This document shows, in pieces, positions 27,052 to 34,577 of a DNA stretch of 35,108 nucleotides (position 1 is the first letter of the stretch; every line of letters starts with the position of its first letter). The DNA lies in IMG/VR virus record IMGVR_UViG_3300020060_000009; one strand, 5' to 3'. Source of the stretch: a virus (lineage: Duplodnaviria > Heunggongvirae > Uroviricota > Caudoviricetes). Below the pieces are notes generated by a model. That model made no database searches, had not been told where the DNA came from, and worked only from the letters and a program-made list of their open reading frames with translations. The position numbers and the translations under genes are program-made.

Positions 27052-27242
27052 TGCTTTGACCTTTCGATTGTTTCTTTGGTCACACCTGAGGTTTCTAAGA
27101 AAAGATCATACTTAAAAGCTGGGTTCTGTTTCTGCATTTCATTCGCTATCATATCAGCGACATAGAGCAGCTCATCTTGAGTGAGTCCACCAGCACACTT
27201 AGCCAGCGAACCTGCTACTAATAAGTAGTCTCTTCTTGTCAT
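27048..27242 (-). CDS. Hypothetical protein (MTRRDY...NPAFKYDLFLETSG)
   Basis: 64 aa; MTRKDY...NPxF.F pattern is common in phage hypotheticals. Confidence 0.6.
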   Translation of the reverse strand: MTRRDYLLVAGSLAKCAGGLTQDELLYVADMIANEMQKQNPAFKYDLFLETSGVTKETIERSKQ

Positions 27243-27254
27243 GGTTCTTTACCC

Positions 27255-27767
27255 CTATAACTTAGTAATATTTTGTGATGTATCGACGTTTAGCTCGTCA
27301 CCGATGTTCTTTTCTGAACGGCAGTCTTGATAACCTTTCTTGACACAATCTTCTCTTGTGTTTGTAGATTTAGTAAGCTTAATATTTACCCCACAACCAT
27401 CTTCTTGGTTAATAACTGTTCCTTCACTTCCTACAAAGGGGCCATAGGTAACGGCTACTTTATCATCTTTCTTAACAACAACAGAACAGTCGTGCGGATT
27501 GTTTGGGTCTACTTTCTTTGGAGGAACTGAAGCAATACCCCAAATAGCAAAGGCAACAACTGCACCCACAGCAATACCAGGAAGTACGAAACTAGCCACT
27601 TTCTTAACCGATAATGGCGCTGGGTTCCTGCGCTCGTAGTCTTCAAAACTATAGTGGGCGTAACTACTGGTTGCATTTCTTGCCTTAACCCATCTCTGTC
27701 CTTGTTCTCTCCACGCATCAACTTTTGCCTTTCGGTTCTCTAGTAATGACTCAAAGACAAAAATCAT
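27255..27767 (-). CDS. Membrane-anchored protein with KOW-like motif
   Basis: Central TM helix followed by KDDKVAVTYGPFVGSEGTVI. Confidence 0.6.
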   Translation of the reverse strand: MIFVFESLLENRKAKVDAWREQGQRWVKARNATSSYAHYSFEDYERRNPAPLSVKKVASFVLPGIAVGAVVAFAIWGIASVPPKKVDPNNPHDCSVVVKKDDKVAVTYGPFVGSEGTVINQEDGCGVNIKLTKSTNTREDCVKKGYQDCRSEKNIGDELNVDTSQNITKL

Positions 27768-27768
27768 G

Positions 27769-28107
27769 TTATTTAAGCTCTTTTATCTTTTTTGTAATGT
27801 CCGTGATGGCGTAGTACTTAGGGTTACCGAGTAATTGAATAGTGCCGTAGAAGAACGGTAGACTTGCAGCAATAGGAATAATTCCCCAATAACCAACAAG
27901 TGTGCAAAGGAAAGCTCCTGAGCCTACCAATACTAGTGCGGTGAACAATTCTGTCAGACCTTTAACAACATACTGTCGTACGAAGATTGACCATAGTTCA
28001 ATCGCGGCAACCCCAAGACCTTTAGCAAGAGCTTCTATTCCAGCTTTCACGCTTGCTGGGATTTTAGATTCTATTACGGCCTTTTGCGCATCTTTAGTGC
28101 TTGGCAT
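27769..28107 (-). CDS. Multi-TM membrane protein
   Basis: 112 aa, 2-3 hydrophobic helices. Confidence 0.6.
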   Translation of the reverse strand: MPSTKDAQKAVIESKIPASVKAGIEALAKGLGVAAIELWSIFVRQYVVKGLTELFTALVLVGSGAFLCTLVGYWGIIPIAASLPFFYGTIQLLGNPKYYAITDITKKIKELK

Positions 28108-28196
28108 TACAATTCCTCCAGAACGTCTGCGATTGCGCCAGAAACGTCTTCAATAATTACGAATGGAAGTGCTACTACATCCCCGAGAAAACCCAT
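28107..28196 (-). CDS. 29-aa amphipathic peptide
   Basis: Hand translated MGFLGDVVALPFVIIEDVSGAIADVLEEL; TAATG coupling at both ends. Confidence 0.55.
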   Translation of the reverse strand: MGFLGDVVALPFVIIEDVSGAIADVLEEL

Positions 28197-28423
28197 TAGA
28201 AGACATCCTTTTTCTTTTTCTCGTCGATCACATGTCCAACAAGACCACCAAGAACGGCTGTGATAAGACCTTCATTTTTCTTAACTGTATCAGCTAAAAA
28301 ATAGCCAAGAACTGCGCCAATTGCAGCACCTTTATTTTCTTTTACAGCATTTGGTAAGTCTTTTGTGACTCCATCAATTACTCTACTAACTGTTTTCTTT
28401 ATATCTTGTTTCTCTGTTGCCAT
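28196..28423 (-). CDS. Glycine-zipper membrane protein
   Basis: GAAIGAVLGYFLA and AVLGGLVGHVI. Confidence 0.6.
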   Translation of the reverse strand: MATEKQDIKKTVSRVIDGVTKDLPNAVKENKGAAIGAVLGYFLADTVKKNEGLITAVLGGLVGHVIDEKKKKDVF

Positions 28424-28454
28424 TACTATACCCTCGCTTATTACTTATGGTTTA

Positions 28455-28483
28455 ATTATAGGTCTTTTCGTGCGAAAACACAA
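28455..28483 (-). promoter_or_regulatory. Early-type promoter TTGTGT-N17-TATAAT
   Basis: Same -35 and spacing, consensus -10. Confidence 0.8.
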
Positions 28484-28488
28484 GCGTT

Positions 28489-28722
28489 TTATTTTACAAC
28501 TTTGTTTAATATATCGCTTACTTGTAACGCAACATCTTCTGCTGGTTTCCCAACATTTTCACTTATATCTACATACCCACTTTGGGCTATTTTTTCAAGA
28601 AAAGCTTTTAACGTAGGAGATATTTCACCAGCATACGACTTTAAAATAAACTCTGCAAGCGCAAGTTCTCCTACGCTACAGCCTTGTTTATGGGCTTTAC
28701 TTAACATATCTTTAATTTCCAT
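28489..28722 (-). CDS. Hypothetical protein
   Basis: 77 aa, AGGAGG SD. Confidence 0.6.
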   Translation of the reverse strand: MEIKDMLSKAHKQGCSVGELALAEFILKSYAGEISPTLKAFLEKIAQSGYVDISENVGKPAEDVALQVSDILNKVVK

Positions 28723-28847
28723 TACTTTTTCCTCCTTTTAGTCTTCCTATTTTCGTAACGACCTACTAACCAAACAGCAATACAAGCTATAATAAGAAAA
28801 ATAACAGTAGCTGTAATAGAAAATGTTAAAGCATCTCTTAGACTCAT
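28722..28847 (-). CDS. Small single-TM protein (41 aa)
   Basis: Hand translated; TM plus basic tail; coupled. Confidence 0.55.
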   Translation of the reverse strand: MSLRDALTFSITATVIFLIIACIAVWLVGRYENRKTKRRKK

Positions 28848-29092
28848 GGACGCCTCTTACTAATAAATATCTTAAGTGTCCTACCGTCATCTTGGATTGA
28901 TGTTTCAATCTGTTTGCGTGGATTGATAAACACAACTGTGCGACCATTCGTACCTAAACCGTGACAATTTGGGCATTCTAACGAGTCTACTTGTCCAGAT
29001 ATGATAACACGACCGACACCCTTACAAGATTCACAGTTAGTATGATCTATAAGTTCTAGCCGAGTAATATTTACAAGGTCTATTTTATTCAT
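28844..29092 (-). CDS. DnaJ-type CxxCxGxG zinc-finger protein
   Basis: CESCKGVG...CPNCHGLG. Confidence 0.6.
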   Translation of the reverse strand: MNKIDLVNITRLELIDHTNCESCKGVGRVIISGQVDSLECPNCHGLGTNGRTVVFINPRKQIETSIQDDGRTLKIFISKRRP

Positions 29093-29535
29093 TATTTCAC
29101 TCTCGTTAATCTTAACATTACATTTTGTATTTCACGTTTATTCATGGCCATGTGCTTAATCTCATAATCGTGAGAATGATGACCAACAGTTCCTTTATCT
29201 TGCAGGTTCCATCCCCCAGGGATTCTAGTACCTTCTTTTAACATATCTTGAACATGTTTACGGGCCGATGTGACAGCTGCCCCCTCAACATGAACACTAG
29301 AGTCCATTACATCAAAGACCATAGTAGCTTTACCACGAGTAATTTCTATTCCCGTGTGAAGAGCTTTATTCTTAGTGATAAAACCACGATCTTTAAGTTC
29401 TCCTTGAACTGCGTGTAATTGCAAATCTAAACGAGGACTATCATTCTTTCGAATCTGTCCGTATAAACGATTGCGTAGAGTGATCAGTTCATGTTCTGTC
29501 ATTTCTGCAACGGTTAGAAGAGTACTGCTACACAT
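29092..29535 (-). CDS. Hypothetical protein
   Basis: 147 aa ORF, coupled. Confidence 0.6.
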   Translation of the reverse strand: MCSSTLLTVAEMTEHELITLRNRLYGQIRKNDSPRLDLQLHAVQGELKDRGFITKNKALHTGIEITRGKATMVFDVMDSSVHVEGAAVTSARKHVQDMLKEGTRIPGGWNLQDKGTVGHHSHDYEIKHMAMNKREIQNVMLRLTRVK

Positions 29536-29813
29536 TACTCATTCCAACTTTTCTTGAGACGAGATTGATGAGCAGTACGGCTCATGCCAGTTTGGGCTTT
29601 GGCCATACCTTCTAATTCGTTTTCCCATTCTTTATCGTCCATAAACTCTTCTTTAACAAGTCGTTTAACCTGCTTAACTTGAATTTTATACGGGCGATTA
29701 ACTGGTTCGTGGCGAACGATTGCGCTTTTGTAGCCCATAGCCTTAGCTTCTGCTAGGGTTTTTATAACTACATTTTCTATTGTTGGATATTCTACTGTTA
29801 TTTGAGTTTTCAT
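29535..29813 (-). CDS. Hypothetical protein
   Basis: 92 aa behind TAAGAAAGGCTT leader. Confidence 0.65.
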   Translation of the reverse strand: MKTQITVEYPTIENVVIKTLAEAKAMGYKSAIVRHEPVNRPYKIQVKQVKRLVKEEFMDDKEWENELEGMAKAQTGMSRTAHQSRLKKSWNE

Positions 29814-29849
29814 TTTGTATAAGCCTTTCTTATTTCACTTATACTATGA

Positions 29850-29878
29850 ATTATGCTCTCAATCGTCGCAAAACACAA
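29850..29878 (-). promoter_or_regulatory. Early-type promoter TTGTGT-N17-CATAAT
   Basis: Exact motif and spacing. Confidence 0.8.
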
Positions 29879-29893
29879 GCGTTTTGTTGAACT

Positions 29894-30064
29894 TTAAAGT
29901 CTGCCCCTTCTATTAAGATAAATTGCTACAGCGGTGTAAATTAAAGCCACACAAAGAGGGGCAATTATAAAGATTGTAAATAACACCCAAGTAAGTGTTT
30001 CATAATATTCATGTTGTGCCTGAGCGTACAAAAGATACTGATTATATGCTTCTTGAGTTTTCAT
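29894..30064 (-). CDS. Leaderless single-TM protein (56 aa)
   Basis: Hand translated MKTQEAYNQY...; ATG lies 7 nt after the -10 hexamer. Confidence 0.55.
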   Translation of the reverse strand: MKTQEAYNQYLLYAQAQHEYYETLTWVLFTIFIIAPLCVALIYTAVAIYLNRRGRL

Positions 30065-30071
30065 AAGACTT

Positions 30072-30100
30072 ATTATGCTCTTTTCTCAGGAAAAACACAA
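30072..30100 (-). promoter_or_regulatory. Early-type promoter TTGTGT-N17-CATAAT
   Basis: Exact motif and spacing. Confidence 0.8.
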
Positions 30101-30200
30101 GGGCTATGCGTTATCAGGCATGTGCAAAGCTATATAAATAAATAATATAATTGCAATTAACCAGAAGATGACAAGAAAAAGACTGACTTGTAGTTCACGG

Positions 30201-30404
30201 TCACTGAGTATTTCTTTTAGTCGTTTCATCTGGTTTTTCCTTTATAGACTTAATAATTTCACTAGCAATTTGCATTCCATTATAAGAACCAAACCTGAAC
30301 CATTTGACTTTACTCTCATCTTGTACATCAATGTCGAGCTTTTTAACATCAACCATCTTTAACATTTCTAATAATTCATTTTTTTCTGTCTTAGTTAACT
30401 GCAT
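30201..30404 (-). CDS. Hypothetical protein (start reassigned to MQLTK)
   Basis: GAAGGAA SD upstream of ATG 30404. Confidence 0.6.
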   Translation of the reverse strand: MQLTKTEKNELLEMLKMVDVKKLDIDVQDESKVKWFRFGSYNGMQIASEIIKSIKEKPDETTKRNTQ

Positions 30405-30428
30405 TTTTAGTTCCTTCAATATGTTATA

Positions 30429-30457
30429 AGTATAAGCTATTTCTAAGAGTTTAGCAA
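30429..30457 (-). promoter_or_regulatory. Sigma70 promoter TTGCTA-N17-TATACT
   Basis: Near-consensus hexamers with 17-bp spacer, just after a terminator. Confidence 0.65.
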
Positions 30458-30461
30458 GGGT

Positions 30462-30489
30462 AAATAAAAAACACCCCGCTAAAGGTGTC
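30462..30489 (-). terminator. Intrinsic terminator of ncRNA candidate
   Basis: GACACC-loop-GGTGTT then TTTTATTT. Confidence 0.6.
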
Positions 30490-30780
30490 TTCTACTTTTC
30501 GAAGGATGGTCATCCCTCTTGAACGCGGTTGTGGGTTGGGATTCTGTTTCCAGAACTTTACCAACATGCGGACGCCCTGACTAGTTTCGAAGTAAATCTT
30601 TGCTAGGTTTTGGTAATGCGTCCGTTTAACTCCATAGGAACCTTGCCCTGCTGGTGTAACCCAGAGGTTTTCAGTTCATTGCCAACGGGCTCTTGGTTAC
30701 TTCCCGATGTGCGCTACTATTTCTAGCCTATTAGGTGCTTTAGCCGTCAGGATGCTTATTAAGCTACCACAAACGCTCAT
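30465..30780 (-). ncRNA. Candidate ~310-nt structured ncRNA with pseudoknot
   Basis: Own promoter and terminator, longest ATG ORF seen is 27 codons. Closing helix 30767-30778/30521-30534, GNRA hairpin, and crossing stems. Confidence 0.6.
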
Positions 30781-30786
30781 ATATTT

Positions 30787-30815
30787 ATGATATCACACCC
30801 TGTTCAACCTGTCTA
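30787..30815 (-). promoter_or_regulatory. Sigma70 promoter TAGACA-N17-TATCAT with TGn extension
   Basis: Hexamers and 17-bp spacing read directly. Confidence 0.65.
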
Positions 30816-30841
30816 TGATTTAATGATGTAGAATAATCTAC

Positions 30842-30929
30842 AAGGAAAGAGACACCAATTAAGGTGTCTCCTAAGAAAGGCTCGTCTAGTGATTCTCCTG
30901 CGTATTTGCGACGCATTCTACCACTACGC
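30842..30929 (-). ncRNA. Candidate ~88-nt trans-acting sRNA (hairpin - AGCCUUUCUUA seed - terminator)
   Basis: Begins at the expected +1 of promoter 30935-30963 and ends at GAGACACC/GGTGTCTC + TTTCCTT terminator. Seed is complementary to four leaders. Confidence 0.6.
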
Positions 30930-30934
30930 TTTTA

Positions 30935-30963
30935 ATTATGCTCTTTTTATTGTTAAAACACAA
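30935..30963 (-). promoter_or_regulatory. Early-type promoter TTGTGT-N17-CATAAT
   Basis: Exact motif and spacing; overlaps the ninG stop. Confidence 0.8.
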
Positions 30964-31492
30964 CCCCTTTATATAAATCTATAACCTCCCGTATATCTGC
31001 TTGACTGACCTTCTTGCCAGATCGAGCGAATTGTTTAAGCTTATCTATTTCTAAGTCTCCATAATCTCTTCTTAATAATACTTCGTATACTATTAAGTTA
31101 CCATGCTTGTCTACATTGCATTCATTACACTGCGGATGACAATTTATTTCATCCCATCTGGTCTTTAAGAATCGACGAGACATAAAATGTCCACATTGGA
31201 GTTCATCTATTGGGAATTTTCTGCCACAAGTATAACAATGATTATCGGAACCATCACTATCTCTTTGCCTAATATATAGCGAGAAGTATTTATCTGCCCA
31301 GCCTATTAGCTGGCTACGTTCAGAACTGCCCTTGTAAGCTAATCTAAGCTCGTCTGAGGGCTTCTGACGCAAAAGTGGCACATTTGTACGTTTCTGTATA
31401 AAACCGTCAGGGAGAGCCTGTTTTTCGCGTTTTGGACATTTGTTCTTGCTGTGCCAAATTGAGCTACACCATTTACATGGCTTTGGGCTCAT
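30953..31492 (-). CDS. ninG: NinG/Rap-like recombination endonuclease
   Basis: FSLYIRQRD...CYTCG...QCGHFMSR...RWDEINCHPQCNECN...GN. Confidence 0.85.
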   Translation of the reverse strand: MSPKPCKWCSSIWHSKNKCPKREKQALPDGFIQKRTNVPLLRQKPSDELRLAYKGSSERSQLIGWADKYFSLYIRQRDSDGSDNHCYTCGRKFPIDELQCGHFMSRRFLKTRWDEINCHPQCNECNVDKHGNLIVYEVLLRRDYGDLEIDKLKQFARSGKKVSQADIREVIDLYKGVVF

Positions 31493-31626
31493 CTATGCAT
31501 AATCTCATGGATAAGCTTATATTTTAGTTTTGTGCGCTCTTTACCGTTGCCAACTCGTTTATGAGGTTTACATAGTCCGCAAGAACGACTTGCTTTATAA
31601 TTTGCTTTACGTTTGTGATTTGCCAT
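31489..31626 (-). CDS. Small basic peptide MANHKRK...CGLCKPHK (45 aa)
   Basis: Hand translated; ATGA overlap with ninG. Confidence 0.55.
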   Translation of the reverse strand: MANHKRKANYKASRSCGLCKPHKRVGNGKERTKLKYKLIHEIMHR

Positions 31627-31643
31627 AGTCCTATTATATAGGA

Positions 31644-31835
31644 TTAATTATCACCTGAACAGTGTCCGCAAGCATCCCGATTATAATCATTCATTACTTC
31701 ACGTTTTTTACCACAATTATCACATTTTTCTTTGTGCCAATGCCAATGAGATTCGCTATCATCTTTAGTGCCGTCATATTTCCAAAAGTGAGCACAGGTA
31801 AGTTGTTCCCAAAATCGTTTAAGTATTCCTAACAT
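31644..31835 (-). CDS. Zinc-ribbon hypothetical protein
   Basis: CAHFW...CDNCG. Confidence 0.55.
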   Translation of the reverse strand: MLGILKRFWEQLTCAHFWKYDGTKDDSESHWHWHKEKCDNCGKKREVMNDYNRDACGHCSGDN

Positions 31836-32022
31836 CGTCTTTCTTCCCTTTAGCCCACCGCTTGCTTACGTTAGTTAATATTGTGTCTAAAGATATTTGC
31901 AAATTTCTTAATTCAGTTATTTCCTCCGAACTAATATTACCCATCATCTCGATTGTTTCAATCGTATCATTCAAGTCCCAGTAGTAATCTACTAACTGCC
32001 CCACCAAAACTTTCTTAGCCAT
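31819..32022 (-). CDS. Hypothetical protein
   Basis: 67 aa ORF. Confidence 0.55.
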   Translation of the reverse strand: MAKKVLVGQLVDYYWDLNDTIETIEMMGNISSEEITELRNLQISLDTILTNVSKRWAKGKKDDVRNT

Positions 32023-32026
32023 AAGC

Positions 32027-32335
32027 TTAGACCCCTAAGAGCTCTTTCATACTACGAAACGAGATATTCTCTTTGGTTTTCTTATCATAATGGCCGAAGC
32101 CTCCGATAAACCATTCATTCTCTTTCTGGCGACGAATCTTTTTGTCATTGAAGATAGTGGCAACAGTGCCATCTTCGAACTTAAAAAGCCAACGCTCAGT
32201 AATACGTTCGCCTTCAAGGTTGATAGGCTCACCAAATCGCTTGACTAATTCTTCTCGAGAGATGATAACAGAACCACATAATGCGCTACCACCAAAATCC
32301 ATATCATTCCATTTGCTAACAATTTCAAACTTCAT
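32027..32335 (-). CDS. Phage hypothetical protein (FGEP...W...FEDGTVATI..W.IGG)
   Basis: 102 aa; motif familiar from phage early proteins. Confidence 0.65.
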   Translation of the reverse strand: MKFEIVSKWNDMDFGGSALCGSVIISREELVKRFGEPINLEGERITERWLFKFEDGTVATIFNDKKIRRQKENEWFIGGFGHYDKKTKENISFRSMKELLGV

Positions 32336-32523
32336 TAGACTGTTACCTTCTGTGACAATTTGAGATAAATTTCAATGAACTCTTCCGGTGTATTGCCCAT
32401 AGGATATTCTTTATGTTCTTCACAAACATCTATCTTTGTATGTCCAGTATAACCACGGCGATAAACTGATTCAACTATCTTATTTTCTTTAAGTTTGTGG
32501 ATGTCGCAAATTGAAATTTTCAT
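32335..32523 (-). CDS. Hypothetical protein (CDIH...DVCEEH)
   Basis: 62 aa behind TAAGAAAGGCTT leader. Confidence 0.6.
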   Translation of the reverse strand: MKISICDIHKLKENKIVESVYRRGYTGHTKIDVCEEHKEYPMGNTPEEFIEIYLKLSQKVTV

Positions 32524-32555
32524 AGTAAGCCTTTCTTATTGATTTACTAAACATA

Positions 32556-32584
32556 ATTATGCTCTTTTTTACAGGAAAACACAA
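32556..32584 (-). promoter_or_regulatory. Early-type promoter TTGTGT-N17-CATAAT
   Basis: Exact motif and spacing. Confidence 0.8.
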
Positions 32585-32609
32585 GCCCTTTTATGTACAA
32601 TAGTAATAT

Positions 32610-33008
32610 ATGTTTATATACAAGAGTGGTGGCGCATGGGTCAAGACAACTAAGAAGGAAATGCAGATTGTATCTCCGTCTACTCTTAAACGTAAACGCG
32701 ATGCGTTCGAGCGCAAAAAACTAACTCCTGGATTTAAAAGATGGCGAAGCTATCAGTATCGTAAGCAAGGAGGTAAATGCTTCTACTGTCTCCACCCAAT
32801 TGACGGTGCTTGGCATACCGATCATTTCATCCCACTTGGGAGATTTTACGGCACTTCCGCTTATAAAAATCTCCGAGTCTGCTGTAGCCATTGTAACTAT
32901 TATAAGTCTGTCCAATATCCAACAGCGAGGATACTCTTGGAACTTCGCTCTGGCATAGCTTGTAGGCAATATCACAGAGTCTCTAGAATCTCGGTTTTAA
33001 AGACATGA
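32610..33008 (+). CDS. HNH endonuclease, only convincing plus-strand gene
   Basis: CFYC...HTDHFIPL...NLRVCCSHCNYYK. Confidence 0.85.
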   Translation: MFIYKSGGAWVKTTKKEMQIVSPSTLKRKRDAFERKKLTPGFKRWRSYQYRKQGGKCFYCLHPIDGAWHTDHFIPLGRFYGTSAYKNLRVCCSHCNYYKSVQYPTARILLELRSGIACRQYHRVSRISVLKT

Positions 33009-33733
33009 TTATTTAACCGTAGTTCCCATGTACCTTTGCCCTTGCTCTGGTAAACTTTGCAATATTGTGGGTAGTTAAAGGCTAGAAGTTTAGCAGCTCT
33101 TTCAATTATTAAGGCCGTGCGACGCTCCTGCATCCCACCTGATTCTTTGTAATAAGCAGTGTTCACAGTAATATAATCCATTCGAATCATTCCACCCTCT
33201 TCGGCGAATACTTGGAACCCTCGGCGATAGTCTTCCTTCTCATCTGTGGTGACATGGTGATAATCTGCGCCAGTGTTAATTAAACCGTAACAGCTACCAA
33301 CCTGTAAGAATAAACCCTTAGTAATTCTCGGCTTCATAAAGAAAGCATTGCGAGCTGCATAAATTCCCCAGGTTGTCAGGCCTTCTCTCTCGCATAATTC
33401 AAAGCCTTTTCGGGCAAAGTCTAGGTTTGTCTCTACAAGCTTCTTGCCGTCCTTAGATAGCTTCTCAAAGGACTTAATATCATCATCAACAAATAGAATG
33501 TGTGTTCCCTTTGGATAATAGTTCATTATAAAGCTTAAATTCTTGCTTTTAGTAGGAACAGAATCAACGATCTTCACCATGTTACCTACACCGTCAACAT
33601 AGGCTTGGTGTTCGCTTGGGTCACTAATGAAGACTGTCACATCAGCAAGATTAGCCCCACTACGAATAAGTGAGGCTATGGTTAGTTCGAATATTTTATC
33701 TGCGCGACGATAACTAGGAATTGCTATCTGCAT
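32972..33733 (-). CDS. TET-associated glycosyltransferase (TAGT/GREB1-like, GT-A fold)
   Basis: IAIPSYRRA, ILFVDDDI (DxD), WGIY...NAFFM, EKEDY, GGMQ. Directly downstream of the dioxygenase. Confidence 0.8.
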   Translation of the reverse strand: MQIAIPSYRRADKIFELTIASLIRSGANLADVTVFISDPSEHQAYVDGVGNMVKIVDSVPTKSKNLSFIMNYYPKGTHILFVDDDIKSFEKLSKDGKKLVETNLDFARKGFELCEREGLTTWGIYAARNAFFMKPRITKGLFLQVGSCYGLINTGADYHHVTTDEKEDYRRGFQVFAEEGGMIRMDYITVNTAYYKESGGMQERRTALIIERAAKLLAFNYPQYCKVYQSKGKGTWELRLNNHVFKTEILETL

Positions 33734-34577
33734 TTTTCTGCCTTTCCTCGTCGATCATTCTAAGCAACTTTTCAAGTTTGCGGTCTTCCGCCTTTTTAGC
33801 GTTAGCTACTTCGAGCGAAGTTTCAAGACAGTTCCACATTTGAACAAGCGAGTAGAACACGATTGTGAAGCGATAAGATTTATCAGTTGTACCCTTCATA
33901 GGGGTCACGCCGTGGACGAAACGCTGCCCATCGAACATAGAAAGTGAACCATTACTAATCTTTAGATTAACTTTCAGCTCTGGGATATGGAGATAACCAC
34001 CTTTGATATCTTTCTTCAACCCAAGCATGATAGAGAACACATCTTTAAAGTTACCTGTGTCCATATGATATTTGAGTGGATTGTTCTTGTTAATAATTCC
34101 ACTGGTAAAATGAGTCTCTGGCATGAGATATTCACCACGAACATTAGTGGCAAGTTCAGAGTGGTTCTGGTAACGAGATGGCGCAAACTCGGAGTACAGC
34201 CCCTCGGCGAGATGGGCGACTCCAAATAGTTCATCTTCAATACTCTTGTATTTATTCCCAAAAGCAGTCTTAGAGCAGGTCTTCTTACCTGCAAGACCAA
34301 CCATACGGGGACGATAGCCAATAATTTCAGATTGAGTAACAAGTCCGTTCGTGCGACGATTGACTGAGAACTTGACCTTGCTCAAAGCCTCAATCATACC
34401 TGTTGTATCAATGCTCTTTTCGGTGTCTTTGTAAATAAGGAGCGTTTCGCCAGACACCTCATCAATAATAACAGTATCCTCCGAGATGATAGGGTCATCA
34501 TTCTCGAAGGCTTTTTGGCTTAGAAGTTCTTTAGTATTCTTAGGTGTTTCAGATAGATTAACGTATAGCGTCTTCAT
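33714..34577 (-). CDS. TET/JBP-family 2OG-Fe(II) dioxygenase
   Basis: FTSGIINKN...YHMDTGN (HxD)...GGYLHIPE...FDGQRFVHGVTP (distal H)...RFTIVFY (2OG Arg). Confidence 0.85.
   Translation of the reverse strand: MKTLYVNLSETPKNTKELLSQKAFENDDPIISEDTVIIDEVSGETLLIYKDTEKSIDTTGMIEALSKVKFSVNRRTNGLVTQSEIIGYRPRMVGLAGKKTCSKTAFGNKYKSIEDELFGVAHLAEGLYSEFAPSRYQNHSELATNVRGEYLMPETHFTSGIINKNNPLKYHMDTGNFKDVFSIMLGLKKDIKGGYLHIPELKVNLKISNGSLSMFDGQRFVHGVTPMKGTTDKSYRFTIVFYSLVQMWNCLETSLEVANAKKAEDRKLEKLLRMIDEERQKNADSNS

Noticed and set aside
30465-30780. Resemblance to RNase P (ACAGAAUCC) or group I intron S element (AAGAU...UAGUC)
   Set aside because: The partner conserved elements (GAGGAAAGUCC; GACUA for P7) are missing.
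30885-30930. tRNA-like look (TAGTGGTAGAATGC, 5-bp stem with 7-nt loop)
   Set aside because: No T-arm GTTC motif, no acceptor stem or CCA, and no U33. Treated as the sRNA 5' hairpin. I saw no tRNA elsewhere.
8639-32584. Recurring ~30-bp repeat as CRISPR array or att sites
   Set aside because: Copies are hundreds to thousands of bases apart, the middle varies, and they match -35/-10 geometry. No cas or integrase gene is in the window.
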